This document shows positions 22,801 through 36,775 of a DNA stretch of 64,000 nucleotides, one piece after another. This DNA is from Hydrolagus colliei (taxonomy: Eukaryota): NCBI GenBank assembly GCA_035084275.1, contig CM068742.1, forward strand, positions 122,636,001-122,700,000, given 5' to 3'. The notes under the pieces were generated by a model. The model was not told the origin of the DNA. It was given only the letters and a program-made list of their open reading frames with translations, and did no database searches. How positions within the stretch are numbered: the first letter of the stretch is position 1; each line of letters begins with the position of its first letter. The position numbers were made by a program, and so were the translations under genes.

Positions 22801-25431
22801 TGACATAAAAACAAATTTGCGAAGGCTCCTGTTTGCTCTACCAATATTCCTACCAGATTTGTTTGAATGTAAGCATTACATGAACACTGGGTTAGACTGT
22901 AAAATGCCTCTCTTTTCCTTTAGTAACCTTGCATTTGATATTGTGCTTTATCAGATCTTTGTGCTGCTGGAAAATGCCCTCCATCTGCTTCTGACCCTCC
23001 CCACCTCTAGTTTAGGCTTCCGCTTAGTCTTTGTGAAGAGCTGTACACATTCTTCCATTGTGAAATAGTATACGACATAAGTCTAAATTGTTACTGTTGA
23101 AAGCAGGAGTTGCTATTAAGTCAAATACCTTGAAGAGAGAGGGGAGAAAGAGAGAGAAAATTGGAACAGAAAAATTGATGAGGAAACCCAAACGTTGTTG
23201 GTTAACACACTGAATTGCCCTTCAAACTTTTTAATGTTATGAAACTAAGTAAACTGGTTGCGTGACTAGCTCTTTGATAAACCTGAATAGGCAACTGACA
23301 TTCAGCACAAGTAAATGGCTCTTTCTTATCTTATGTGAAAGCAATTTTGCTGTGAGAAATGTCAAACCTGATGTCCTGGCCTAATCACTCTACTGTTAGG
23401 CGTGATACAGAACTCCTCTTGTGGTGTAAATCCAGGACTAAAGCACATGCTTGATGGAGCTTTGCGCAGGTGTTTAGTTGCACATGGCCAGAGTTTACCT
23501 CAGTCCCAATTTAGAAAAATAATACACTGTTACATGATAATTTTATTGCTAGAAGTGATAACAAATCACTCCAATATTATAAGGGCCAATATAATGTAAC
23601 ATAGCTACTAGGTTATTCTCTATTTATGTAAGCAAGCCTTCCATTCACTTACTGATAAGAAATACACTTATAATCCAGGTTTGTTAATAGCGCAATTGGG
23701 ATGTGGACCCTGGCAATTCCATACCGCAAATTCTGCACAAAGAAAGTCAGCAAGCTCTGTTTATAAGCCACTGCTTCAAATATTATTGTCATGCATCACA
23801 CCTGTGATCCGGCGACGCCAAGTTTGAATCTACATCGATTCCACATGGTAGCTTTCTATGTACGTAAGCATTCAAGCCACCAGTCCTTCAAATTGGAGAC
23901 TTCACAATGTTGATTGGGGATAATTGTGCCCCATTATAAAATAGGTTGGGATTTGATGGACCCTTCCAGCAACAATAATTATGTTATAACTGAGGTCCAC
24001 TGTAACTTGCTCTTCTCGGGCATAAGTAACTCTTCCTCAGTGAATAACAGAATATAATGAACTTGGCTTATTGCTGATGGTCTTGCTGGTTTATTTCTGT
24101 TTTAATGTGCTATTGATGGTTAATTGATGGCAACATGAAATAGAGGCTACAATTACGACTGCTGTTTGGTTTTTGATATAATATATTTGATAATTTCATG
24201 GAAAAATATCTTCTGGGCATGTATGTGTATTTTATGTATTTAAATTATGTTTCATTCTTGCAGTCATTTGAGGTAAACCTAATCTCTCTTTGATTGATGT
24301 GCTAAGCGAAAGATTTGGGTTGTGGAGGATTTTAGGATGGTGAACAGCAGTGGAGTGTGGGGGTGGGGGGTGGTTGAGAGGAGGGACACATCCTGTGCTT
24401 TACTGCAAGCTGTCAGAATGTACAGCTCTTTTTATGCAATGTCACCAGTGTCTCACACATCCCGGTTCCATCCAGGGCACACACCCGTTTGTATCCGGGG
24501 ATATTGGTGAAAATGGAGGCCAGTGATTGTTTAAAACCTACCTTATGAAATGTAAGTTGAGCATTTTTATGGAAAGCCAATGATTCAGTGTTTTGTGATT
24601 GACTTTTTTTCTGTGCTATTTTTAGTGCGACAGGAATGACTGCTGAGAACAATTGTGTGGCACAATTCACTTCAATTGTATGATAGTGTGAAGCTTTTTT
24701 TAAATGTGTATGTGTGTGTAGAGACTAGAGAGCATGTGGGAGTGTGGAATATGGGGTATGTGCATGTGTGTATTGCATGATGTATGTGTGTATATGTGTT
24801 TGCATGTGCGTAACATGTGTATGTGTGCAGCACATTGCATATGTTATGTGTTTCCTTTTGAATTTAAACAGTCTTTTGCTGCCAAGCTTTATGAAGCATA
24901 TTCACTTTTATGTTCACTTTTATTTTCATGTTTCATGTATGTAAGTATTTAGATGGTGGTCAGTATCTGAATGCAACAACAAAAAAATTACATTTTTAGT
25001 GCGCCTTTCACTTCAGGAGGACATACAAATAAATCTATGTTTCTAATTATTTTGTGGTACCTGACTTTTACAATGTTTGTGTATTGGATGTTTACGCTAG
25101 GAAAAAGCAGATCAGAGGCAAATCCTGCCTGGCTCATTGGCAGCATCCGGGAGGGCAGACCAGTCACCGGGGGACAAATGTTAAGGATTGTTATTGTTAT
25201 TATTAGGAAGGATAATTCGATTCATTCAGGTTTAGGGTGGGTTCTAGCCCATATCTGAAGTCTGAATGTTAAAATAAAGTACATAGCTCGTGGAGCATAA
25301 ACAGGGAGCATGGACAGGGAGGGCCAAACAGCCTGTTTCAGTGCAGGACACTAGATACATTTCTAGTAAGCTCAGGTTGGTCAAAGTTCCTAGTCATGCA
25401 CAACTCAGCATAGTGAGCATTTTAATCATCG

Positions 25432-26790
25432 AACAACAACAACTTGGATTTATATAGCGCCCGCCACGCCAGATGGCATCTCAGAGCGCTTCACAATAAC
25501 GGATCCCTGGGTCGACCAAGCGGGAGGAGGAAAAAAGTGACCAAAAGCGCGGTCGAAAAGAAAGGTCTTTAGCCATGACCTGAAAATAGGAAAAGAGGGC
25601 GAGGTGAAGGGAGTGAGGAAGGGAGATCCAGAGCCTCAGGGTGTAGTGGCTGAAGGTACGACCGCTGATTGTGGAACGGAGGACGCCAGACCTAGTAGAG
25701 CAAAGGCAATGGGTGCTGTTGTGAGCAGGTCAGACAGGTAGGGGGGTGCAGAAGAATGGAGGGATTTGAAAAAAGAGTGAGGATCTTGAAATCGATCCGC
25801 TCCGAGTCAGGGAGCCAGTGAAGTCTGGAAAGGACTGGGGTAATTGGGGAGTGAAGTTTGGTTCAGGTGAGAATGCGTTGGAGATGGAAGAAAGCGGTGC
25901 TAGTGAGGGACCAGATGTGGTGAGAGGAAGGACAGATGGGGGTTGAACCCAATGCCAAAGTTGCGTACGGGTTCGGAGAGTTTTAGGGGCATGTCGGGTA
26001 GGTGGAGGAGATGTGAGCCATGGGATTGAAGACGTCGACGAGAGCCAAAGAGTATGGCTTCTGTCTTGTCAACATTGAGCTGAAGGAAATTCACGTTCAT
26101 TCAGCTCTTGATGTCTGACAACAACAAAATTACATTTATAACAAGCAGGCTGATAGAACATCAGGGGACTGGAGGTCGCAATTTGAGGTGGAAAGGTAGA
26201 TTTGAGTGTCATCCGCCTACATATGGAAGTGTGCCCCATGTCTGCGGATGACATCACCAAGAGGGAGCATGTAGATAAGGAAGAGAAGGGGGCCAAGGAT
26301 GGTTCTTTGAGGTACCCCGCAGGTAACTGGGTGAGAGTGGAAGGAAAAGCTGTTTATTGAGATATACTGCTGGCTGTTTGTGAGGTAGGACTCGAAGCAG
26401 GTGAGTGCAGTCCCACTGAGGTGGATGAGAGGACAGGCGGTGGAGGAGGATGGCATGATCGACTGTGTTGAAGGTGGTGGAGAGGTCCATAAGTACAAGG
26501 AGGCAGGGGGAACCCTGGTCACAGATTGAGAGGATAATGTTTGTGACCTTCGCAAGTGCTGTCTCTGTACTGTGGGCAGGGCGAAAACTGGACTGGAGGG
26601 TATTCAAAAAGGGAGTGGAAGGAGCGGAGTGGGTGGAGTTGGTTGTCAACAACGCATTCTAAAACTTTAGCAATGAAGGGCAAGTTTGAGATAGGGTGGC
26701 AGTGGCTAAGATTTGAGGGATCTTGGTTAGGTCTTTTGAGGAGGGGGGTAATGACAGTGGTTTTGAGGAGGGCAGGGACTGATCCTGAGG
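25432..26790 (-). mobile_element. L2 LINE, RT domain to 3' tail, degraded
   Basis: Minus-strand LQSSFRPAHSTETALAKVTN, LLVLMDLSTTFNTVDHAILL, CGVPQRTILGPLLFLIYMLPLG, NFLQLNVDKTEAIL; (GTT)n tail at ~25432. Confidence 0.92.
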
Positions 26791-28414
26791 GATTGATTTA
26801 TGATGTCTATAATATTTTGATGCTGAGTTGACTCTCACAGTGAGGCAGTGTATGTAACTCTCAGGCTCTGAATTATATACATGTATAGAATCGATCCATC
26901 AGAAGTGTGGAGACATTTAACTTCTCAAAGAATCTTATCTATAATCTGTTATTGGCAATAAGAATCAGGCAGCCTTAAACCCCCGCCATCCCTCTCCAAG
27001 ACACTGGAGGGATACCAGCAAATCTACCTTACACCATGGTCAATGGAACAGCTGAGTGCATTTACTATTTCAGCTAGCTCAAATCTATCGTCACTGAGTT
27101 AACCCAAGATAATTCAATTGAAGTTGTGGTTTGGTATGATGCTTATTCCTAACGCTAGTGTTTTTATTTTGAGATTGATTATTTATATAGATTACTTCTG
27201 ATAAGAATGAGGAGAAGTAGGTTTAATGCACTATTTGTCTCTTGGTGACATATGGCTACATTGGAGCCTTGTTATATTGTGGCTTTTGGGAATGAAATTG
27301 AGCCTTGGTGGGTAGGTTTCTTCTGGTGTCCTAGCCAACAATCTGCCATGACGTGCATGTCTATAATTAGCCATTCAAATCATGGCAGTTTGTGGGACAT
27401 TGCTATGTGTAGATTGTTTTATTTGCCGACAAATACAGTCACTACACTTCACAGTAAATCCTGCAAAGAGATTGAGATGTTTTGGAGGCATTATATCAGA
27501 AACAATTGTCATATTTAACATTGAACTGATACTGGGAACTCCTTCAGTAAAAGACAGGTTTAGTTCATGCGTCCTGGTATGAATTCCATGACATTCAGTC
27601 TGATAATCCTGCAGAGCTAGAGTAAAGTAGTACTGCCCAATCTCGCTAGGGCTGCAGTGGGGAAGGACTGCCTGCGTGCTGCTTACATATGCCTCAACTG
27701 GCTGTATGAAGGACAGGAGAGTTGATGTAGTTCCCCTATGAAGACAAGGCATGTAAGTAATGAACAGCTTCTCTATAATAATAATGCACAACTCAAATGA
27801 AATTTCTCCGGGGTCCTTTATATTAACAGATGTTGTGCATGATTTAATTTTTCATGTAATACCCTCTAATCCCTAGTGATGACATTGCTGCACTGTGCAC
27901 ATTTAATAATGAAGGAAGGACCCAATGCAGGACACAGCTGCAGAATAATTCAGCGATAATAAAATAATGTCACAATACGGAGTAAAATTTATTTAGACAA
28001 CCAGGTTTGTCGTAGAAAGGGAATTTGAAGGAGGCAGTTGTGCTGATTTGTTCTGGCTAGAAGATGGTGCTTGTTAATCATGAGCTATAATAGAATGCCA
28101 TAGCACTTAATGTTACGGTACAAAAATAGAACCCACATTACAAGCATTTTTGTTTTGAATGAAATCAAAAATGCTGGTCTCCGTTCACAGTGATTGTGGA
28201 ATGATATGCTTGATTCTTGGTTGAGATTCATTGAACGTATATTTTACCTAGTGCACACAAAATGCAGCTCAGTAGCTGGAATGCAAATTTTTACAAATTA
28301 ATTTTATTTTTAAACATTGTTGTGTACTTCTCACACCTGAAAACATTCGTAAATGTGAAAAACTTAGTCGACACAGTTGCTTTTATGGTTTTTATCATCT
28401 TGGTTCCCTTCTGT

Positions 28415-29070
28415 TTGGTTAAATTTGCAGATAATACCACTTTGAGAGGTAAGCTGCAATCAGAGGAGGCAACAACGGTCTCACAAAGGATCTTGATAGG
28501 GTTAATCGGGACTGATAATTGGCAAATGTGGTTCAATGTAGATAAATTCAAGGCAGTACATACAGAAGGTGAGAATAGGAAACATAAGTACTCCTTGGAT
28601 AGAATAGAACTTGTCAAGTGGGGAGCTGAAATAGATCTTGGGACATGAATTGACTCGTCACTTATTATAACAAAACTGTGTGAGGCAGCAATAAAAAAGG
28701 CAAACAGGATGTTGGACTATAGAGCCTAATCAGTTGTATTTGGATTCTTGGATGTAATTCTCAGACTGTACAGTGCTTGTTCAGACTGCACCAAGGATAG
28801 TGTTTACAAATGTGGTCACCACAACTAGAAAACCCTCGGAACTGTGCAGAAGAGAGGAAAACAGATCCCCAGTATTAGATGAATGGGCTATCAGCAAGAA
28901 TTAGACAAGCTAGGACTCTTCAGTCTGGAGAAAAGTCATCTCGTAGGGGACCTCATAGAGGTGTATAACATTTTTAATTAGATTTATAATGTAAACCCAG
29001 ATCAATACTTTAGGATGCACAAGATATTGGGTTCTAGAGGAATGAGATCAGATGAGCTCAAGGGTCTTCT
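28415..29070 (+). mobile_element. Old CR1 LINE 3' fragment
   Basis: VKFADNTTLRG, NWQMWFNVDKFKA, AAIKKANRML, LGLFSLEKSHLVGDLIEVYNI; many stops. Confidence 0.85.
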
Positions 29071-30047
29071 TCTTTCAAACCAATTTTGGCAAAACACTGA
29101 CTACTAGATTTTGAAAAGGAGTTTTGGATTTTGAAGGTTGGCTAACAGAAAGCAAAAGGGTTATTCAGAATTCCTTGCATGAAGCCTGAAAGTCTTTCTC
29201 CAGTAAATGCAAGAGTGATATTAACAAGTTTGGAGGCCTGGAATTTCTTATGGTCTTAGCCTTAAGACTACTGCCTTAAAATATAAGATCATACAAAAAT
29301 TTGGACAATTCTTCAAAAGAACTGAGGGAAAAAGTGCCAAATTAAAATGCACTTAATATGCACTTAACTTTCAAAAATGTTGCATTTCTTCACTTTTAAG
29401 ATCAATGTGTTGTGGCTAAGACAATGAGAGACTTCGGACCTCAACATCCTTAGTCCGTTAAGGTAGGTGTTAGAATAATGGATTGCTGCAAGATGGATTG
29501 CTCAGGATTCTGTTCACTGTATGTCCATACAACTGATATAACTCAGTATTAGTGAAGCACTGTATAGTACCTTTACAGGGAATTGCATAGAATACTGCGG
29601 CACAGAAATCTGTCATATTCAACCAACTGATCTGCGTGATCGAACTAATCCATGTTGCCCAACGAGTACCAGATGGGATAACCTGGAATATTGGAAACTT
29701 CTCTCCGTGCAGCAAAATGTTATACCTTCAACGGTATTGTTGTGCTGCTACAATGTATGGCTGATGTTCTTTATAGAGCTGCAGGAGCATCATAATGATA
29801 ATTGATGATAATAATAATAATCGTTGCATTTGATATAATGTCTTTCACATCAGGAGGACATGTCAAAGCACATCATAGTTAAGTGCAGAAATTGTATATT
29901 TTGTAGATGACTGACATTGTATTTTCAACCCCTGGTCTATTGATGTGATGGTTTTATTTTGCAGATGAATTATGTAATCATGAATTAAACAGGATGGTGT
30001 TCTCAGTTCTCCACAGGATTGCCCTTTGCCCCACCCAGACTGCAAAG

Positions 30048-30513
30048 TTGTGTCTGGCGATATATTTATATATCGGTTATATCGATATAATTTTTCATAT
30101 CGATATGCTGATATCAGAATTTAAAATATATTTATATCAAAAAATTAGATATAAAAAATATTGGTATATCCTAAATATCGGTATATCGTTTCCAGCCGAT
30201 ATATTGGTATTATCGGTATTATCGGTATAATGCAAACTTTTCCAACTTACCTTGTCGCCGGCATTGCAGACCTCCTGGGCCTAGAGCACAGAATGCGCGC
30301 GCGTATCGGAATATGCGCGCACATCCGAATGCGCGCGCACATCTGAATGTGCAAGTACCTCCGAATGCGTGCGCACCCCCAAATGTGCGCGCACATCCGA
30401 ATGCGCACGCATGCACAGTGTAAAAAGACATGGAAATATCGATATATCGGTATATATCGATATGAGCCCACCGATATATTGATATTGCAAAATTTCCATA
30501 TTGACGGACCCTA
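30048..30513 (+). mobile_element. Non-autonomous hAT element (MITE family A), copy 3
   Basis: Ends TTGTGTCTGGCGATAT / ATATTGACGGACCCTA. Degenerate 8-bp TSD CTGCAAAG/CCACACAG, where TG/CA is consistent with CpG decay. Internal ~18-nt (GCGCGCACATCCGAAT) repeats. Confidence 0.85.
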
Positions 30514-30543
30514 CCACACAGACATAAGAAAATATAACTCCCA

Positions 30544-31103
30544 AAAGCAACAACAGCAAAATTACACTTGTATAGTGCCTTTCACGTCAGGAGGACGTCC
30601 CAAGGCGGTGGACAGTCACTGCTTCAGATCCAAGCTGAGGACAGGGGTGGGGAGGGAGTGGGTGTTAGGAGTTGCCAATGGGTCCATCGAAGAGGAGAGT
30701 CTTGAGGCAAGACTTGAAGGAGGCCAGGGAGGGGGCAAGGCGGAAGGACTGCGGGATGGAGTTCCAGAGATTGGGGGCAGAATGGCTGAAGGCTCGCTCG
30801 CCAATGGTAGGGTGGGTGGGTTGGTGGACATGGAACAGGCCAGGGCATGCTGAGCGGAGGGGGTGGGCAGGTTGGTAAGGGGATAGGAGGTCACAGATGT
30901 AGGGTGGGGCGAGGTTGTGGAGGGCTTTAAATGTGAGGACCAGGATCTTGAATTGGATCCTCTGAATGATGGGGAGTCAATGGAGTCGGGTGAGGATGGG
31001 AGAGATGGGGGTCATAGAGTTTGGAACGGTAGAGGACACGGGCCGCAGAATTCTGGATTATCTGCAGCCTGTGGAGGGAGGAATTGGGAAGGCCGACCAG
31101 CAG
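30544..31103 (-). mobile_element. L2 LINE 3' end (same subfamily as 3241-3760)
   Basis: Shared 3'UTR ..TCTGAAGCAGTGACTGTCC.. and tail; LQIIQNSAAR..IQFKILVLTFKALH translation on the minus strand. Confidence 0.88.
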
Positions 31104-34100
31104 GGCGTTTGCATAAACAGGAGAAATTAGGATTTTTTCTAACCCTTGATCTATTCCATTCGGCCTCTAAAACTTTCAAAAGCAAATATGATGTGTTATG
31201 TGACCTCTTTCCCTCCCCTTTATTACACACTCTTTCTTGCCTTATTTTGGAGGAAGCTGATGTGTAGGCCACAAGGCTCTTTTTTCTGTCACAGTCAGAG
31301 TTTTAATAATAACAATCTTTGCAAATGATACGGTGCCTTATCACGCCTTTGAGACATATCAAAGTGCTTCACGGAATATGTTGTAACATGAATTAGGACA
31401 TATTTTGTGGGTTCCACTTACTGCTGGGTAAACAGAGGCCTTGTCCAAGGTAACTTGCCCAACGTATCACCCTGCCGGGAATGAAACCCAGGTTTCTCGC
31501 TTGCAAGGCAAGTGCTCTAACTACTGAGCTGCAGGACTCCACTGTTACGTTGTTTCTGAAGCTGACCTGCTGGAACTCCACTGTTTACCTCTGTTCTGAC
31601 TTACATAGAAGCCAGATTGTATCTTAAGGAGGCTCCTGTTGTATGGCATAAGATAGATTCCAGCGAGATATCTATGGCCTCATCTGGATACTGTAGTTAC
31701 AAATCAATTTGTAATCAAAACTCTTCTTTCAAGTAGGCCTTTTGCACTGATACTAATTCCCTTGAGTGATACTGACCAAGCAGCCAAACTAATATTGGAA
31801 ACAATATGGCTCTTGTACCCTGTCAGATTCCTGTTTGGATGGGATATTATTTTACGTTGCTCAATGACTGTGTATCCAAGCGGAAGGTAGATGACAGTGG
31901 CAATACTCTCACAAATATTGTGCTGTTCACCTGGCTGCTCATGGGTAACTCCTGGTATCTATTTACCTACCACAAGAGGGTTCAAATCTGCACTTGCCAG
32001 ATGTCAAACAAGCAATGAGTGACTATCCTCCTGGGTAGATGGTGGTATGCGGGAGCTCCTTGCCTATTCCAGGGACAGGGAGATTTCCATGTGGAGGTGT
32101 CATACATATGTGGAGCTCTGTATGTTTTGGATATGCTTAATGCATGATGATGGGTTTCCACATATATCAGATAATAATGATAATATAAGATACTGGCTGA
32201 CCAAAAAAAGTTGTATTGGAAGAGTGAACAATCTACAAAGAATTGAAAAAATTTGCATTTGTGATAAATTATCTGCCATTAGTTTCTTTAATGCTTATTT
32301 CAATTAAACTACAACAACTTACATTTATATAGCATCGTTCATGCGATAGCATCCCAGAGTACTTGCTATGAAAACTATTTTTTATAGTACTCTAATTTAT
32401 TTTCCTCTTGTTGTTCAGACAGACAGCTTCTAGCTGCACATTATAGCTTTCCTCCCAGTGTATAAATGCAGCATTGAGCTTCATACTTTATTAATCAGAG
32501 CCCATGTACTTCATAAACTGCTTTTCAAGCATTCAAACCTTGTCAGAGAAATACAGACATTGTATGTTGGTATGCCTGACCGTAAGATTTTGTCTTTACA
32601 CTGACTGTGATCATCAGTCATTTAGTTTAATGTCGCATTTTAACTTTTGTATGAAAATCGAACTTGTGTTCGGAAGCCAGTATCAGAATCATTATTATCT
32701 GTGTTTGACGTTGTTCTCTTTCCTTACACTTTTGTTCCCCTCTTTCATGTAGCATTAAAATTTTATGCATACTTTTTGATAAAAATTAATTTGGAAAGGT
32801 CCAATTTCTCCAATCTGTGAATAACAAAATGCTAATAAATTTTTTCCGCCTTACATCCCCGTAAATAAATGATTCTTGAATGCGACCTAATACTTCTTGG
32901 TATACAATTCAGGATTGACATGTGCAATAAAACTCTTTAAAGGCTTGACTATTCCTTTTTCATTAAGCTCCCATCGTTGAACGTTTATACCCTTTACTTA
33001 AATTGTATCGCTAAGCAGTTTGGTTCATTGTTTCACCTAGTTATGGATGCAGACGGTTTTATGTGGTAAGAGACTGCTCAATTCTGAATGTTCTTTATAT
33101 GCTGTAAAACTGAAAAGTATTTGATATTAAGTATGGTGCAGAATATGGACTTTAAATAGTCAATATTGATTGACAGAGTTTGTAATTTCAGAGCAAGCAA
33201 GTATTTTATTCTGTGTTAACACTGCACATGTTGTGTCAATTCAGTATGATGGTTAGACACGCTCAGGCTCTTCAGTCTTGAGAGAAGATGATGCATCATA
33301 GAAGTGTATAACATTTTAATTGGGATTGAAAAAAGTAAACCCACAAGAGAGTAGATATATGATATATGTATAGAGCTGCATAGGATACATCAGTACAAAG
33401 AACAGGAAGTATTTCCTTAAGCAGAGAGTAATTAATGAACAGGTTACCCAAAGGGTGGTTAAGGCCACTTAAAACACAGCGTTATGTTGGGGGTAGGGTA
33501 CAGGGAATGGTATGTGGATATTCCATACAGATGAAATCCGATGGGCGGAAAGCCTTTTTCATCCAAACCAATTGTGTCCAGATAGCACAGAATCTATATG
33601 GAAAAACAGCTTTACAGATTTTTTGATCAGGAATTCTTTATGCACAGATGCAGTACCAATGTAGACTGTGAATCTATTCAACATCAATTTAAAAATAATA
33701 ATATGTAATTCTTGCATTTGATATAGGGCTTTATCACATCAGTGAGAAGTCTGAAAATGCTTCACAGAATATATTGTAAAGTGAATTCATTGTATATGAT
33801 GTGTCTGAATAGTCCACTAAAATCTCATGGGACAGGACTTTGATGACTAGCAATGTTTTAGGGGATCTAATAAAAGGCTGACAGACTCCCAACACTTCAA
33901 AAAGTTGAGCAAAGGAAACGTCTTTCGGTTTACTATTGCATGTGCAGAACAATGCACAGTTCAGCCAAATGAGATTTTGCAGTGGGAATACAAGTCTTAT
34001 TTTCAGCTCTTAGTGATATACTGTTGGAAGCATTTTCAACTCATTTCCAGGATTCTAATATGGCATTAAATGTTAATGGCAAATCTCTAGCTATTTCTCT

Positions 34101-34880
34101 GCATATTTTTGGTCAAGTCGAGTGTTTGACTCTCGCGGAAACCCATTTCCATGTTTAAGAGCATCCAAACTAGACTGAGATTTACCCTGCCAATTATACC
34201 CCAGGTAAAATGAGACACTGGCTTCATGGCTGTTTGTGGGACATTTTTGTGTGCAAACTGGCTGCCTGCAAATCCACAGTCACCATTCTCTACAATAAAT
34301 CTTGTGAAATGCTTGTTGAAACATTTGGATGTGATTAGGTACTATATCAAATGTAAGTATTAATATTATACAGGAGTAGTGAAGGTGATGCTGATTGGTG
34401 GTCTGATTGGGGTATTTGTCAACCAGCTAAGTTTGCATTTCTTTACAAATTTGGGAGCCAACTTTTCTTATTATGCCTATAACTTACTTTTGAAAATACT
34501 AGGAATATATTGCATTAAAAGTACATTTCATACCGGAGTTCTTTCTCAACTTTCAAGATAGAAAGCCATGTTTGCCAGGGTTGAGGCAGCTGGGTGGATA
34601 TTGTGCGAAATATTAATGCATTATTTATAACAGCTGCTATCCAATCAACACAAAAGGCAACTTTAACACTTGCCTAGAAAAGACATTGCATTCATAGAGA
34701 GAATACAGTGAAGGTTCATTAAGGTTATAAGAATGATTTTATAGTTTGGTGGATAGACTCGAAAAATTTGTGCTTGTTTGCTGGAGCAGATGTGGTTAAA
34801 GGACTAACTGATAGAGATTCAGAAGTTTATGAGGCTCTCACCACCTCTCCTCAGCTTTCCCTCCTCTGACTCACTACCTT

Positions 34881-35176
34881 ATAATAATGATAATCCTTGC
34901 ATTTGATATAGCACTTTTCACGTCTTCTAGCCATCTCAAAGCGCTTCACAGAATATACTTTAAAGTGAATTGACTGTATATATGTGGGCGAAACGTGGCA
35001 GCCAATTGCACACAGTAGTGTCCCACAAACAGTTGTGGATCGAAATGACCAATTTTTTTTTCAAAGGATTATCATTAGGTGTATTGGTAAAGAAACCAAG
35101 GTTTCACCCTGCCTGGAATTGAACCCAGGTCTCTTGTTTGTAAGGCGAGTGCTCTAACCACTGAGTTACAGGACTC
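34881..35176 (-). mobile_element. Full-length tRNA-derived SINE
   Basis: A-box, B-box, Deu-type body and (ATT)n tail on the minus strand. Confidence 0.88.
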
Positions 35177-36039
35177 TGACCTTGGGCAGTTTTGTGAAGC
35201 ATTTTTAGATATTTTCTGACATGAAAGCTGCTGTATAAATGTAAATTGTTGTTAAAGTACTGAGTGAACCGTGTATGATTTGAATCTTTTGGTTTTAGCA
35301 TCCTGGTGTTCACTTAACTCAGCCATCAGTGTTTGACTTGAAACTTTGCATAGTTGTCCCTTGGCCAGCTGTGTGTTATGAAATCAACCTTGCCAGTGGA
35401 TTAGATTGAGCATTACATACCGCCTCATATACACTTTTACATACACATGGAAATTTCAGAAATAAATACGATAGCTTCAGAAATAGATACAATAGTTCAT
35501 TTGGCAGAACACCAGAATCTAGCTTTGCAGATACAAAATCATTATGCTTTGCTCTTATAAGGTTACTCATGTCTTTGAGTTCTCCATTAGCTGCACAGTC
35601 TGTTCCTACATCAGATGCCTGGTTCATTCTCTGGGGTAAAGAAGATCAAGACAAATGATAGGTGCATTTTGAGGTGTATTTTGTAATACAATTGTTTCAC
35701 AATTCCTTCAAGGACTCCTTATGTTACCAGGAAAAATAAGAACAACAACAACAAAACAACACGGATATTCGAGTTTTTCACGTCGGGAGGACATCCCAAT
35801 AATAATGATAAAATAATAACTCTGTTGGCCAGGAAACCCCTCCCTTCTCTCCGTACAGTGCCAAGGGATTAAATTACTGAGTTTAACTGAGTTACAGTTA
35901 ACTCATGCTGGTATATCATAGTTGCACCGCTTAGGAAAAGATGGTATCGTCTTGTGCAGATTTTCTGTCTGATTCTGTGCCTGATTTCAATTGTACGTCA
36001 GAGCCTTGATACAGATAAGTGAACTTGCGGATGGTCTAT

Positions 36040-36342
36040 AATAATAGTAACAATCGTTGCATTTGATAGACTGCTTTTCACAGGCATCCCAAAGCACTTC
36101 ACAGAAAATACTGTAACGTGAATTGACTGTATATTTATGGGTGAAACATGGCAGCCAATTGCACATGGCAGTGTCACACGTGGTTTGTAGTGACTCATTT
36201 TTTTATTATGGGCTTTTTTCTTGAGGGATTATTTTCAGATATGTGGAGTAAGGAAACTTGCCCAAGGCTTTGCCCTGCTGGGAATCAAACTCATGTCTCT
36301 CGCTTGTGAGGCGAGTCCTTTAACCACTAAGTTACAGGACTC
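36040..36342 (-). mobile_element. tRNA-derived SINE
   Basis: Same family motifs; head ends ..GTTACAGGACTC on the plus strand. Confidence 0.85.
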
Positions 36343-36775
36343 TATGAGGTTGTGTGGTGATCTACTGCACTGTACTGTTACAATGTCGTTCTTTAAACTT
36401 CCTCTTCTGATCCTGCATGTCCTCAAAACATTTCCTATGTTTGCATCCCTGATATCCATATGCTTATCAGTCTATGGCAGCTCATCCAAGGTCTATTTTA
36501 AGACTGAAATGGCCAAAATTGGAGCCCAACAACATTTTGGGCCCTAAGGATTTTATTGTGCATTATTCATAAAGACAATGGTCTAGTTGTTGACTGGTTT
36601 CAAGTTTGTCCACAGGTAATTACATTCGGTGATTTGGCTGCACATCCAATTCAGCATAATTTTCACAGTGTTTGTTGCTTGATTCTTTGTATGGTTTCTT
36701 CCCTGTGAGGAGCAGAACAGCACATATTGTCAGTACAATGGGATTTATTGCTTTCTTTCTATTATCTTATCTAAG

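Noticed and set aside
32419-32581. Possible extra exon in intron 2 (ttgttcag|...|gtaaga)
   Set aside because: 163 nt, not frame-preserving, and has a stop in the phase-2 frame; no homology recognised.
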